Shown: one piece after another, positions 9,156-19,026 of the stretch | Numbering within the stretch: position 1 is the stretch's first letter | How the letters are laid out: every line of letters begins with the position of its first letter | From: Dehalococcoidia bacterium | GTDB lineage: Bacteria; Chloroflexota; Dehalococcoidia; Bin125 | Reading direction: 5' to 3' | Assembly (NCBI GenBank): GCA_963663895.2 | Contig: CAXXRD010000002.1 | Location: 96,001-160,000 of the forward strand | Length of the DNA stretch: 64,000 bases | Made by a program: the position numbers and the translations under genes | The notes under the pieces: model-generated | What the model was told of the DNA's origin: nothing | Seen by the model: only the letters and a program-made list of their open reading frames with translations | Database searches by the model: none

Positions 9156-10490
9156 TCAGGACGCCATCCAGCCGTTCTTCGCGTTCAGGCGGCGGAGGCC
9201 GGAGAGCGTGTAGGTATTGCTCTTGGCGCGGTTGCAGGGGCCGCAGAGCAGGATGCGATTCGAGATGTGGTTGAGGCCAGCCGTCGGAGCGCGGCGTGTT
9301 GTGGTCGAGTTCGAGGTAGCGCGAGTCGTCGAAGACGCGGTCGCAGCCCTGACACTTCGGGCCATGTTGCCGGAGCAGAAAAATCGTACATTTCCGCGCG
9401 GGCTCATCTTCGGACCGCCCGGTTCTGCGTGCCGTTCAGTGACTTGGAGAAACGGCACAGCCTCTTGGCCGTCGTCGGTTCGTTGAGGCGGCGTGGATTC
9501 GTAGTGGATCACGGGGATATCAGTGAGAAGTTGGCGATTGTCCTCCATGCGCTGGCGAACAATGGCGTGTGCTTTATCCCAAAGGTCGATACCGACCCAC
9601 TGGCGCTCTAACCGCTCAGCGGCAATAGGTGTCGTCGCGCAACCGCAGAATGGATCGAGAACGATATCGCCTGGATTTGAGGATGCTCGAACGATCCGTT
9701 CGTACAGCGCAAGGGGCTTCTGGGTGGGGTAGCCTAGCCGCTCCTTGGCAGAAGGAGCGACAAATGGAATTTGCCAAACATCATTCTCCCGAACGCCTTT
9801 ATCATTTACTTCGCTATCACTTACGAGATACGGCTCCTCTCCCTTCTTGAAACGATGCAGTACACCTTGCTCCTTTCGCTCCTTAGAGCCCTTCGTATAT
9901 TTGGTATAAATGGGATTGAATGTGTAACTCTCAGATTTTGCGTAGAACAAGATTAAATCGTGCAGCCTCTGAAATCTCTTAGCCTTTCCTGTCCATCGCC
10001 GATAGTGCCACACAATCTCATTTACGAAATTCTTTCGACCAAATATGGCGTCCATCAACTCTTTGAGATAATGGCTAGCCGTTGGATCGCAATGTAGGTA
10101 GATGCTGCCATCGTCACGAAGAACACGGTGCATTTCCAGCAGCCGCACCCCCATGAAGCAAAGAAATGCGCCCATATCGTCGCCGTACGACTGGCGCGAG
10201 CCGTTGATCACGTTCATCACCTTGGGCCAGTCGTCGGTGATCTGATCGACCCACTCCCCCTCCACGTCATCTTCCCAGCTCCAGCGATCTTGAAACCTGG
10301 CACCAGCAGCGAGGCTGTCAGGCGTCGCGTGAAAGTCGCGTCCCTTGTTGAACGGTGGATCGGTCGCGATCAGGTGCACCGTGCCGCTGTTCATCCCTCG
10401 GAGAACGTCCAGGTTGTCCCCGTGGTACAGGGTACGGTTCTGGAAGTTGACCTCTGCCATTCCCTCGCTCCTGCTAGCCGGTCCTATCAC
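9156..10490 (-). CDS. Amino (N4/N6) DNA methyltransferase, beta class, fused to a C-terminal HNH domain
   Basis: TDPPFN (motif IV), YPTQKPLALYERIV, VLDPFCGCATT (motif I). C-terminus reads CQGC..LELDHNTPRSDGGLNHISNRILLCGPCNRAK after removing three +1 insertions. Confidence 0.85.
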   Translation of the reverse strand: MIGPASRSEGMAEVNFQNRTLYHGDNLDVLRGMNSGTVHLIATDPPFNKGRDFHATPDSLAAGARFQDRWSWEDDVEGEWVDQITDDWPKVMNVINGSRQSYGDDMGAFLCFMGVRLLEMHRVLRDDGSIYLHCDPTASHYLKELMDAIFGRKNFVNEIVWHYRRWTGKAKRFQRLHDLILFYAKSESYTFNPIYTKYTKGSKERKEQGVLHRFKKGEEPYLVSDSEVNDKGVRENDVWQIPFVAPSAKERLGYPTQKPLALYERIVRASSNPGDIVLDPFCGCATTPIAAERLERQWVGIDLWDKAHAIVRQRMEDNRQLLTDIPVIHYESTPPQRTDDGQEAVPFLQVTERHAEPGGPKMSPRGNVRFFCSGNMARSVRAATASSTTRATSNSTTTRRAPTAGLNHISNRILLCGPCNRAKSNTYTLSGLRRLNAKNGWMAS

Positions 10491-10545
10491 GCCGTTGGAG
10501 AAACGAGAAACGTGCTCGCGATATGCCGCACGACGACGCCAGCGA

Positions 10546-11319
10546 TCAGCGATTCTTGAGCCGCGGGGGGCGCTTCTCCAGGAACGCTTGGATCCGCTCC
10601 TGGGCGTCGTAGGACTGCGACGATCCGGCCATCACCTCCACCGCGTGCGCATACGCTTTTGGCTGCTCCATGTCGATCGAGGCGTAAAACGCCGCCTTCC
10701 CCAGCCCCTTGGAGAAAGCGCTGCCGCGCGTGGCCCGCTTCAGCAGCGCCTCGCTCTCCGCCTCCAGCTCCTCCAGCGGCACCACGTAGTTCACCAAGCC
10801 CCACTGCAAGGCCGTCTCCGCGTCGATCGGGTCGCCCGTCATCAGCATCTCCAGGGCTCGCTTGCGGCCCACATTGCGGCTCAGCGGCACCATCGGCGTG
10901 AAGCAGAACCAACCTCCGGCGCCGCCCGGCGTCTGGAAGCGCGCGGTGCTGGAGGCCACCGCCAGGTCCGCGCTCCCCACCAGCTGGCAGCCCGCCGCCG
11001 TCGCCAGTCCCTGCACCCGCGCCAGCAGCGGCTGCGGCGCCCGCTGCATCGCGCCGTGCAACTCGGCCGACAGCAGCAGCAGATCGCGCACATCCTTCAG
11101 GTCGTGCCCGGCGATCTCGTGAAAGTCGTGCCCCGCCGAAAAGACCGGCCCGTTCCCCGCGAGGATGACGCCGCGCGCGTCGCCGGCGGCCGTCTCGTTC
11201 AGCGCCTCCGTAATCTCCCGCATCATCGCGCTGGAGAGCGCATTGCGGCGCTCGGGCCGGTTCATCGTGATCGTGACGAAGTCGTCCTCGCGCGCAACCA
11301 GGATCTCCCGATAGGCCAT
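10546..11319 (-). CDS. Enoyl-CoA hydratase/isomerase family protein
   Basis: ITMNRPERRNALS, FSAGHD, ATAAGCQLV crotonase motifs. Confidence 0.9.
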   Translation of the reverse strand: MAYREILVAREDDFVTITMNRPERRNALSSAMMREITEALNETAAGDARGVILAGNGPVFSAGHDFHEIAGHDLKDVRDLLLLSAELHGAMQRAPQPLLARVQGLATAAGCQLVGSADLAVASSTARFQTPGGAGGWFCFTPMVPLSRNVGRKRALEMLMTGDPIDAETALQWGLVNYVVPLEELEAESEALLKRATRGSAFSKGLGKAAFYASIDMEQPKAYAHAVEVMAGSSQSYDAQERIQAFLEKRPPRLKNR

Positions 11320-11377
11320 GCCACATTCCCCCTTCGAGCTACGCGCGCATCATAAGCCCGCGCTTCGCCGAGCGCCC

Positions 11378-11456
11378 GACTTCGTGTCGGCTTGACGCGA
11401 ACTCCCGCGATCGGCCACACTGATCGCCCGACTTCGTGTCATTTTGACACGAAGTC
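11378..11456. promoter_or_regulatory. Two tandem NrtR-type operators upstream of nadA
   Basis: TTCGTGTCGGCTTGACGCGAA (11381-11401) and GACTTCGTGTCA-TTT-TGACACGAAGTC (11430-11456); both have the GT-N7-AC core. Confidence 0.75.
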
Positions 11457-11547
11457 ATGAGCGCTTCTCCCGGATCCGTCGGCGCCGAACGGCCCGCTGC
11501 CGATCCCGGCCGCGAAGAGGCGCCGCAAGCGAGAGGGACGCACAAGC

Positions 11548-12768
11548 ATGCGAGCACCGCTCGAAGAGCTGACCACCAGCTTCCAACCCCAGCGCCTTCC
11601 CCCCGACCTTCCCGACGCGGACTGCGAGAGCGGCATCGCCACGGTCCCCCTCGTCGAAGAGCCACACCGTCCCGCCTGGCAGCCCGATATCCCCGATCGC
11701 TACCTCGATCTTCCCCCCGAGGAGCTCGTCGCCCGCGTCAAGCGCGCCCGCCGCATCCTCGGCGAGCGGCTCGTCATCCTCGGCCACCACTATCAGCGCG
11801 ACGACGTCATCCAGTTCGCCGATTTCCGCGGCGACTCCTTCAAGCTCTGCCGCGAAGCCGCCGCCCGCGACGGCGCCGAGTTCATCGTCTTCTGCGGCGT
11901 GCACTTCATGGCCGAGGGCGCGGACATCCTCACCCGCCCAGAGCAAACCGTCATCCTGCCCAATCTCGCCGCCGGCTGCTCCATGGCCGACATGGCCGAC
12001 CCCGGCGACGTCTACGCCGCCTGGGAGGATCTTGGAGAGGCCGTCCCCGGCGGGAGCACGATCCCGATCACCTACATGAACTCCGCCGCCTCCCTGAAAG
12101 GCTTCGTGGGCCGCAACGGCGGCGCCGTGTGCACCTCCTCCAACGCCAGCGCCGCCCTCCGCTGGGCCTTGGCCCGCGCCGACCGTGTCTTCTTTTTCCC
12201 GGACCAGCATCTCGGCCGCAACACCGCCAAGAAGCTCGGCATCGACATCGCCACCGAAACCGCCATCTGGAATCCGCGCAAGCGCTGCGGCGGCCTCAGC
12301 CGCGAACAGATCGCCCGCGCCAAGGTCCTGCTCTGGCAGGGCCATTGCTCGGTGCACATCCGCTTCAAGGTCGAGCAGATCGAAAAGGCGCGCGCGGAAT
12401 ACCCCGGCGTGCGCGTGGTCGTGCACCCCGAGTGCACGCAGGCGGTCGTCGACGCCGCCGACGCCGACGGATCCACCGAGCAGATCATCCGCTACGTGCA
12501 GGACGGCCCGCCCGGCGTCTACGCCATCGGCACCGAGATCAACCTCGTCCATCGCCTCGCCCAAGAGGTCCGCGACCAAGGCAAGCAGGTCTTCTGCCTC
12601 GATCCCGTCGTCTGCCCCTGCTCCACCATGTACCGCATCCATCCCGCCTACCTCGCCTGGGTCACCGAGGCCCTCGTCGACGGCCACGTGCCCAATCGCA
12701 TCCGCGTCGACGACGAGACGCGCGCCCACGCTCTCGTCGCCCTCGAGCGTATGCTGGCGATCACCTAG
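11548..12768 (+). CDS. nadA: Quinolinate synthase
   Basis: ILGHHYQ, FCGVHFMAE, AGCSMADMA, CTSSNA, HCSVH, HPEC, CPCSTMYRI. Confidence 0.95.
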   Translation: MRAPLEELTTSFQPQRLPPDLPDADCESGIATVPLVEEPHRPAWQPDIPDRYLDLPPEELVARVKRARRILGERLVILGHHYQRDDVIQFADFRGDSFKLCREAAARDGAEFIVFCGVHFMAEGADILTRPEQTVILPNLAAGCSMADMADPGDVYAAWEDLGEAVPGGSTIPITYMNSAASLKGFVGRNGGAVCTSSNASAALRWALARADRVFFFPDQHLGRNTAKKLGIDIATETAIWNPRKRCGGLSREQIARAKVLLWQGHCSVHIRFKVEQIEKARAEYPGVRVVVHPECTQAVVDAADADGSTEQIIRYVQDGPPGVYAIGTEINLVHRLAQEVRDQGKQVFCLDPVVCPCSTMYRIHPAYLAWVTEALVDGHVPNRIRVDDETRAHALVALERMLAIT

Positions 12769-12782
12769 CCCCGCGGAGCGGC

Positions 12783-14308
12783 ATGCCGTACGACTACCTC
12801 GTCCTGGGCTCCGGGATCGCCGGGCTGTACGCCGCCCTCCTCGCGGCGAAGCACGGATCCGTCTGCGTCCTGAGCAAAGGGTCGATCACCGAGTCCAACA
12901 GCGCCCGCGCCCAGGGCGGCATCGCCGCCGCCATCGGCCCCGGCGACAGTCCCGCCCAGCACCGCGAAGACACCCTCCGCGCCGGCGCCGGCCTCTGCGA
13001 CCCCGCCGCCGTCGAGGTGCTCGTCCAAGAAGCCCCCTCCCATATCCGCACGCTCATCGAACTCGGCGTTCCCTTCGACACGACCCAGGGCGCCGTCGCC
13101 CTCGGGCGGGAGGGCGCTCACAGCGCTCCCCGAATCCTCCACGCGGGCGGCGACCGCACCGGCGCCGCCATTGAGCGCGTCATGGTCGAGCGCGCCACCG
13201 AAGCCGGCGTCACCCTCCTCGACAATCACACCGTTACCGCCTTACTCGTCGAGCAGGGCCGCTGCCGCGGCGTGCACGCCCGCTCCGCCGCCGACGAGCA
13301 GCGCACCGTCGCCGCAACCCGGACCATTCTCGCCACCGGCGGCGGCGGCCAGCTCTACACCCTGACCACCAACTCGCCCCTCGCGACCGGGGACGGCATC
13401 GCCCTCGCCTTCCAAGCCGGCGCCGTGGTCCGCGATATGGAATTCGTCCAGTTCCACCCCACCGCACTGGCCCTCCCCGGCGCGCGCGCCTTCCTCATCT
13501 CCGAGGCCTTGCGCGGCGAAGGCGCGCAACTCCTCGCCAGCGACGGCCGCCGCTTCATGCCCCACTACCACCCAGACGCCGAGCTCGCCCCCCGGGACGT
13601 CGTCGCCCGCGCCATCATCGCCGAGATGCAGCGCACCGACAGCGACCACGTCCTCCTCGACATCAGCCACCGCGATCCCGCCTTCGTGGCCGCCCGCTTC
13701 CCCGGGCATCTACCAGCACTGCCTCCGCCACGAGCTCGATATCACCCGCACGCCCGCCCCCGTGGCCCCCGCCGCTCACTACCTCATGGGCGGCGTTCTC
13801 ACCGATACCAGGGGACGCACCACGGTGCCGGGCTTGCTGGCCTGCGGCGAGGTCGCCAACACCGGCATCCACGGCGCCAACCGCCTCGCCTCCAACTCTC
13901 TCTTGGAAACCATCGTCTTCTCCCAACGCGCCGTGGCAGGCACGCTCGACCAAGAGACGAGCGCCGCGCTTCCCGTCCCGGCCGACACGCGGCCACTCGA
14001 TCCGCACGACACCGCTCCGCCCGACCGCGTCACGCTGCAAACCCTGCTCGGGGACCACGCCGGCATCATCCGCGACGGCCACGGTCTCCGCGCGGCCCGC
14101 CGCCGTGATCGACTCCTGGCCCACCGCCAGCGGCCAACCCGCTACGCTCACCGCCATGGAGCTCCGCAACATGGCGACCGTCGCCCGCCTGATCCTGCGC
14201 GCCGCGCTCGACCGGCGCGAGAGCCGCGGCGCCCATTACCGCAGCGACTATCCGCAGCCCGCATCGCACTGGCAACGGCGCCTCAGCTACCGCCGCTCCT
14301 CCTCCTAA
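12783..14308 (+). CDS. nadB: L-aspartate oxidase (two apparent +1 frameshifts at ~13705 and ~14097)
   Basis: GSGIAGL, AQGGIAA, EGAHS, EFVQFHPT, ISEALRGEG; then PAAHYLMGGV and HGANRLASNSLLE in a second frame; RRESRGAHYRSDYP in a third. Confidence 0.88.
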
Positions 14309-14316
14309 ATACGCTC

Positions 14317-15231
14317 GTGTCCAACTCCGATCCCGTCCCGTCCGAACCCGCCGCGCTCGACCGCATCACCCTGCGGCGGCTCGTCCAGACCGCCCTGGAC
14401 GAGGACGGCGCCAACCAAGACCTCACCACCAACGCGCTCGTCCCCCCGAACCAACTTGGCCGCGCTCGCATCGTCGCCAAGCAGCCGGGCGTGATCTGTG
14501 GTCTCAGCTTCGGCCAAGAGACCTACCACGTCGTCGAGCCCCGGGTGCAATGGATGGCCGCGGTGATCGAAGGGATGGAGGTCGCCCCTGGAGCGACGAT
14601 CGCGCACCTGGCCGGACCCGTTCACCCCATGCTGCGCGGCGAGCGCACCGCCCTCAACTTCCTCCAACGCCTTTCCGGCATCGCGACGTTGACGCGCGAG
14701 GCCGTCGCGCGCATCGCCCACACCGACGCCAAGATCCTCGACACGCGCAAGACCAGTCCCGGCCTGCGCGTCGCTGAGCGCTACGCCGTTCGCGTCGGCG
14801 GCGGCCTCAACCACCGCTTCAATCTCACTGCCGGCCTGCTCGTGAAAGACAATCACCTCGCCGCCTGGCGCGCCCGCGGCGGCTCCCTCGCCGCGGCGAC
14901 CCGCGCCGCCGTCGCGGCGGCAGGTCCCGCCACCGCAGTGGAGATCGAAGTCACGACCCTCAGCGAAGTGGAGGAGGCGCTCGCCGCCGGCGCGCCCGCG
15001 CTCCTGCTCGACAACCTCGATCCCAGCGCCATGGCGCAGGCGGTCGCGCGCGCCAAGCAGGCCGGCGCGCTCACCGAGGCCAGCGGCAACATCACCTTGG
15101 AGAACGTCGCCGCCGTCGCCGAGTCCGGCGTCGACTTCATCTCGCTGGGCGCCCTCACCCACTCCGCCCCGGCGCTGGACCTCTCCTTCCAGCTAGACCC
15201 CGACGCCGACCAAGACGTCCGCCCGAGCTAA
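14317..15231 (+). CDS. nadC: Quinolinate phosphoribosyltransferase
   Basis: [47 protein letters not shown]. Confidence 0.94.
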   Translation: MSNSDPVPSEPAALDRITLRRLVQTALDEDGANQDLTTNALVPPNQLGRARIVAKQPGVICGLSFGQETYHVVEPRVQWMAAVIEGMEVAPGATIAHLAGPVHPMLRGERTALNFLQRLSGIATLTREAVARIAHTDAKILDTRKTSPGLRVAERYAVRVGGGLNHRFNLTAGLLVKDNHLAAWRARGGSLAAATRAAVAAAGPATAVEIEVTTLSEVEEALAAGAPALLLDNLDPSAMAQAVARAKQAGALTEASGNITLENVAAVAESGVDFISLGALTHSAPALDLSFQLDPDADQDVRPS

Positions 15232-15698
15232 GCCCCACCACGCCGCGGCCGCTCCAGATCCGCGGAGTCCAGCACGATCGTCACCGGCCCATCGTTCGCC
15301 AGCCGCACCAGCATCTTGGCACCGAACCGCCCCCGCGCCACACGCACGCCCTGCTCCTCCAGCGCGGCCGCATAGCGCTCCACCAGCCCCGCCGCGATCG
15401 CGGGATCCGCCGCTTTCGTAAAAGAGGGGCGCCGCCCCTTGCGGACGTCCGCCAGCAGCGTGAACTGGCTGATCACCAACGCCTCGCCACCCAGATCCAA
15501 CAGCGCCCGGTTGAACTTGCCCGCCGCGTCGGCGAAAACCCGCAGTTCCGCCGTCTTCGCCGCCAAGGCCTCCGCCTGCTCGGACCCGTCGCCCGCACCC
15601 ACTCCCACCAGCGCCACGAACCCTTGCTGGATGGCGCCCACCACCCCCCCCTCCACCGAAACCGAGGCCTCGGTGACGCGCTGCAACACGACCCGCAT
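15228..15698 (-). CDS. dtd: D-aminoacyl-tRNA deacylase
   Basis: [34 protein letters not shown]. Confidence 0.95.
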   Translation of the reverse strand: MRVVLQRVTEASVSVEGGVVGAIQQGFVALVGVGAGDGSEQAEALAAKTAELRVFADAAGKFNRALLDLGGEALVISQFTLLADVRKGRRPSFTKAADPAIAAGLVERYAAALEEQGVRVARGRFGAKMLVRLANDGPVTIVLDSADLERPRRGGA

Positions 15699-15756
15699 AG
15701 CCGGAGCCTAGCGGCGCGCAGGTCCCGCTGCACGCCGTACGACCAAGCCAGCCCAA

Positions 15757-16095
15757 CTAGCCCTTCGACTTGCCCCTGGACGTACTCGCCGCCGAGCTCT
15801 TCGCCCGATCCGGCGATCCGCTCTTCGACGCGACCGGCTCCGCTTTGGGCTTGGTCTCGGGCGCCTTCATCTCCGGCGATGACTTTCCGTCCTCGGATTT
15901 GCTCCCCGAGCCGTGCTGCTTCGTCCGGCTATCCGTCTTATAGAAGCCCGTCCCTTTGAAAACGATCGCCGGCGCTACTGGAATCCGCCGGGACGGTCCC
16001 TCGCACTCCCGACAGGCCTGCTCCACCGGGGCATCGAACCCCTCGGCCTTCTCGTATACGTGCCCAGCGGTGCACTCGTAGGTATAGCGCGGCAC
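15757..16095 (-). CDS. FmdB-family zinc-ribbon protein
   Basis: MPRYTYECTAGH..CREC..FKGTGFYKTD with low-complexity tail. Confidence 0.85.
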   Translation of the reverse strand: MPRYTYECTAGHVYEKAEGFDAPVEQACRECEGPSRRIPVAPAIVFKGTGFYKTDSRTKQHGSGSKSEDGKSSPEMKAPETKPKAEPVASKSGSPDRAKSSAASTSRGKSKG

Positions 16096-16226
16096 TCGTG
16101 GCTCCTGCGTGCGTCCGAATCCCGGGGCGACCAGCCTAACAACAGCGTCCGCCCACCAGCAATAACGTCGGGAACGGCCGCGGCCGCGTCTCTCCCTTGG
16201 CTAGTTTCCCGGATCGTCCCTCTTGA

Positions 16227-16256
16227 TTGCTTGCCTCCGTGCGCCCTGCCTATACT
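16227..16256 (+). promoter_or_regulatory. Candidate sigma70 promoter of rpsB operon
   Basis: TTGCTT-18 nt-TATACT upstream of rpsB. Confidence 0.4.
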
Positions 16257-16364
16257 GGCCTCTCGGAGAGGGTCCCTGGTCCGTGGCGCGCGCGGCCGGT
16301 GACGGCCGCTTTTTCTTGCGCGCAAGCGCGCACCGCGGAACGCCTCAGCGAACGCAGGAGGGCA

Positions 16365-17117
16365 ATGGCTGACCTACCAACCATGAAGGAGCTCTTGGAG
16401 GGCGGCGTCCACTTTGGACACCAGACCCAGCGCTGGAATCCCAAGATGAAGCCATTCATCCACTCCGCCCGCAACGGCATCCACATCCTCGACCTCGCTC
16501 AAACCGTTCAGCTCCTCCACAGCGCCGTCAACTTCGTCCGCCAGACCGCCGCCGAGGGCGACGACATCCTCTTCGTCGGCACCAAGAAACAGGCGCAGGA
16601 GCTCATCAAAGCTGAGGCCGAGCGCTGCCAGATGCCCTACGTCATCAACCGCTGGCTCGGCGGCACGCTCACGAACTGGCAAACGATCCAGACACGCATC
16701 AGCTACATGCAGCGACTTGAGCGCCTGGAGTTCGCCGACGGCTTCGACGCGCTGCCCAAAAAAGAAGCCCTGCGCCGCCGCGATGAGCTCCGCCGTCTCC
16801 GCCGCTATCTCGGCGGACTCCACGACATGACCCGTCTGCCCGGCGCCCTCTTCATCGTCGACGTCCCAAGGGAGAACATCGCCGTTCTCGAGGCCAACCG
16901 CCTCGGCATCCCCATCGTCGCCGTGTGCGACACCAACTGTGACCCCACCCCAATCGCCTACCCCATCCCCTCCAATGACGACGCCTTCCGCGCTATTGGC
17001 ATGATCACCACCCAGATTGCCGATGCCGCGGTAGAGGGGCGCGCCGCGGCCGAGTCCGCGCAGGTCGATGAAGCCGTCAGCGAGATCGCCGAGCCCGTCC
17101 CCGCCGGTTCCGCCTAG
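16365..17117 (+). CDS. rpsB: 30S ribosomal protein S2
   Basis: [40 protein letters not shown]; AGGAGG RBS. Confidence 0.97.
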   Translation: MADLPTMKELLEGGVHFGHQTQRWNPKMKPFIHSARNGIHILDLAQTVQLLHSAVNFVRQTAAEGDDILFVGTKKQAQELIKAEAERCQMPYVINRWLGGTLTNWQTIQTRISYMQRLERLEFADGFDALPKKEALRRRDELRRLRRYLGGLHDMTRLPGALFIVDVPRENIAVLEANRLGIPIVAVCDTNCDPTPIAYPIPSNDDAFRAIGMITTQIADAAVEGRAAAESAQVDEAVSEIAEPVPAGSA

Positions 17118-17132
17118 CCAGAGGGAGTCGCA

Positions 17133-17633
17133 GTGGTCATCAACATCGACGCCATCAAAACCCTGCGCGAACGTACGCAGGCCGGCGTCATGGACTGCCG
17201 CCAAGCGCTGGAGGAGGCCGACGGCGACATGGACCGGGCCACCGCCATCCTCCGTGACAAAGGCCTCGCCACCGCGAGCAAGCGTGCCGACCGCGAGACC
17301 AACCACGGCCTCGTCGAGGCCTATGTCCATGGCGGCCGCATCGGCGCCTTGGTGGAGATCAACTGCGAAACGGACTTCGTCGCCCGGACGGATCTCTTCA
17401 AGACGCTCGCGCACGACATCGCCATGCAGATCGCCTCGATGCAGCCTGCGGTGATCCGTCCCGAAGACCTCGACCCGGATGCTGCTGGCTCGTCCGAGCA
17501 ACTCGCCCTCCTCGCACAGCCCTTCATTAAAGACCAGTCCAAATCCGTGCAGGACCGCATCAACGAAACCGTTGCCAGTACCGGCGAGAAGATCAAGGTG
17601 CGCCGCATGATGCGCTACAGTCTCGGCGAGTAG
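17133..17633 (+). CDS. tsf: Elongation factor Ts (short form)
   Basis: LRERTQAGVMDC, VEINCETDFVAR. Confidence 0.95.
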   Translation: MVINIDAIKTLRERTQAGVMDCRQALEEADGDMDRATAILRDKGLATASKRADRETNHGLVEAYVHGGRIGALVEINCETDFVARTDLFKTLAHDIAMQIASMQPAVIRPEDLDPDAAGSSEQLALLAQPFIKDQSKSVQDRINETVASTGEKIKVRRMMRYSLGE

Positions 17634-17661
17634 CGGCTGCAACCACTCCGAAGGAGTCCAC

Positions 17662-18411
17662 ATGGCTGCCGCGCGCAAAGAGCGAGTCCTGCTCAAGCTC
17701 AGCGGCGCGGCTTTGCTGGGCCAGCGCCCCTTCGGGCTTGACCCCCCCACCCTCCGCAACATCGCCCGCCAGCTGCAGCGCTGCCACGAGGCCGGCTTCG
17801 AAATGGCCGTCGTCGTCGGGGGCGGCAACCTCTTCCGCGGGGCCACGGCCGCCGAAGCCGGCTTCAACCGCGCCACCGCCGACTACGCCGGCATGCTCGC
17901 CACCGTCATCAACGCGCTCGCGCTGCAGGATGCCATCGAAGCGAAGGGCGTCCAAGTCCGCACTATGTCGGCCCTCAGCCTGGCCCAGGTCGCGGAGCCC
18001 TATATCCGCCGCCGCGCCATCCGCCACCTCGAGAAAGGCCGTCTCGTCCTCTTCGCCGCCGGCACCGGCAATCCTTACGTCACCACCGATACCGCCGCCG
18101 CCCTGCGCGGCGTCGAAGTCGGCGCCCAGCGCTTGCTGATGGCCAAAACCGGCGTCGACGGCGTCTACACCGCCGATCCCGCTATCGATCCCACCGCCGC
18201 GCGCTACGACACGCTCAGCTACCGCGACGCAATCACCAAACGCGTGCAGATCATGGACACCGCCGCCCTCTCGCTGTGTGAAGAGAACCAGCTTCCCATC
18301 GTAGTCTTTGATATCGCCCCGCTGGACGCTATCGTGCGGGCGGTGATCGATGGCTCCGCCGGGACACTGGTCGGTGCCGAACCGACTAAACTGACCCGGG
18401 AGGCGAGCTAA
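17662..18411 (+). CDS. pyrH: UMP kinase
   Basis: VLLKLSG, GGGNLFRG, GTGNPYVTTD. Confidence 0.96.
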   Translation: MAAARKERVLLKLSGAALLGQRPFGLDPPTLRNIARQLQRCHEAGFEMAVVVGGGNLFRGATAAEAGFNRATADYAGMLATVINALALQDAIEAKGVQVRTMSALSLAQVAEPYIRRRAIRHLEKGRLVLFAAGTGNPYVTTDTAAALRGVEVGAQRLLMAKTGVDGVYTADPAIDPTAARYDTLSYRDAITKRVQIMDTAALSLCEENQLPIVVFDIAPLDAIVRAVIDGSAGTLVGAEPTKLTREAS

Positions 18412-18439
18412 TCGAGGCGGCGCGCCCCGCTGAGGGATC

Positions 18440-19012
18440 ATGCCGGACGACGACCTCACCACCCTCGCCCTAGAAGACGCCGAGAGCCGCATGCACGGGG
18501 CCATTGAGGCGTTCAAGCGCGAGCTCGCGACCGTGCGCACCGGGCGTGCTCACCCAGCCCTGGTCGAGCATCTGCCGATCGATTACTTCGGTACGACCAT
18601 GCCACTCAATCAGCTCGCCACGATCACCGCCCCCGAGGCACGCCTCATCGTTATCCAGCCTTGGGACAAAAACGCCATTGATCCCATCACCAAAAGCATC
18701 CAGCGTTCGAACCTCGGACTGAATCCCCAGAACGATGGGGTCGTCGTGCGTCTCGCCATCCCCGAACTCACCGAGGAACGGCGGCGCGCCTTGGTCAAGC
18801 AAGTCACCCAAAAAAACGAGGCCGCGCGTATCGCCATCCGCAACGTCCGCCGCCACGCGCAGGATGATCTGCGCGGTCTGCTCAAGGCCAAGGAGATCTC
18901 CAAGGATGCCGAGCGCAGCGCGCACGAAGAGCTAGAGAAGCTCACCCATCGCTTCGTGGAGCAGGCGGACAAAGACGGCACCGAAAAGGAAAAGGAGCTG
19001 CTGGAGGTCTAG
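18440..19012 (+). CDS. frr: Ribosome recycling factor
   Basis: VRTGRAHP, IQPWDK, LTEERR, RIAIRNVRR. Confidence 0.96.
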   Translation: MPDDDLTTLALEDAESRMHGAIEAFKRELATVRTGRAHPALVEHLPIDYFGTTMPLNQLATITAPEARLIVIQPWDKNAIDPITKSIQRSNLGLNPQNDGVVVRLAIPELTEERRRALVKQVTQKNEAARIAIRNVRRHAQDDLRGLLKAKEISKDAERSAHEELEKLTHRFVEQADKDGTEKEKELLEV

Positions 19013-19026
19013 CCTCCCCGCCGCTC

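Noticed and set aside
11370-11460. Repeat pair as a mini-CRISPR or REP element
   Set aside because: Only two imperfect copies, no cas genes; palindromic operator interpretation fits better
11457-15231. Apparent 883-aa and 489-aa fusion ORFs (NadB N-terminus with long leader; NadB-NadC fusion)
   Set aside because: Explained by stop-free shadow frames plus the two +1 frameshifts in nadB; not true fusions
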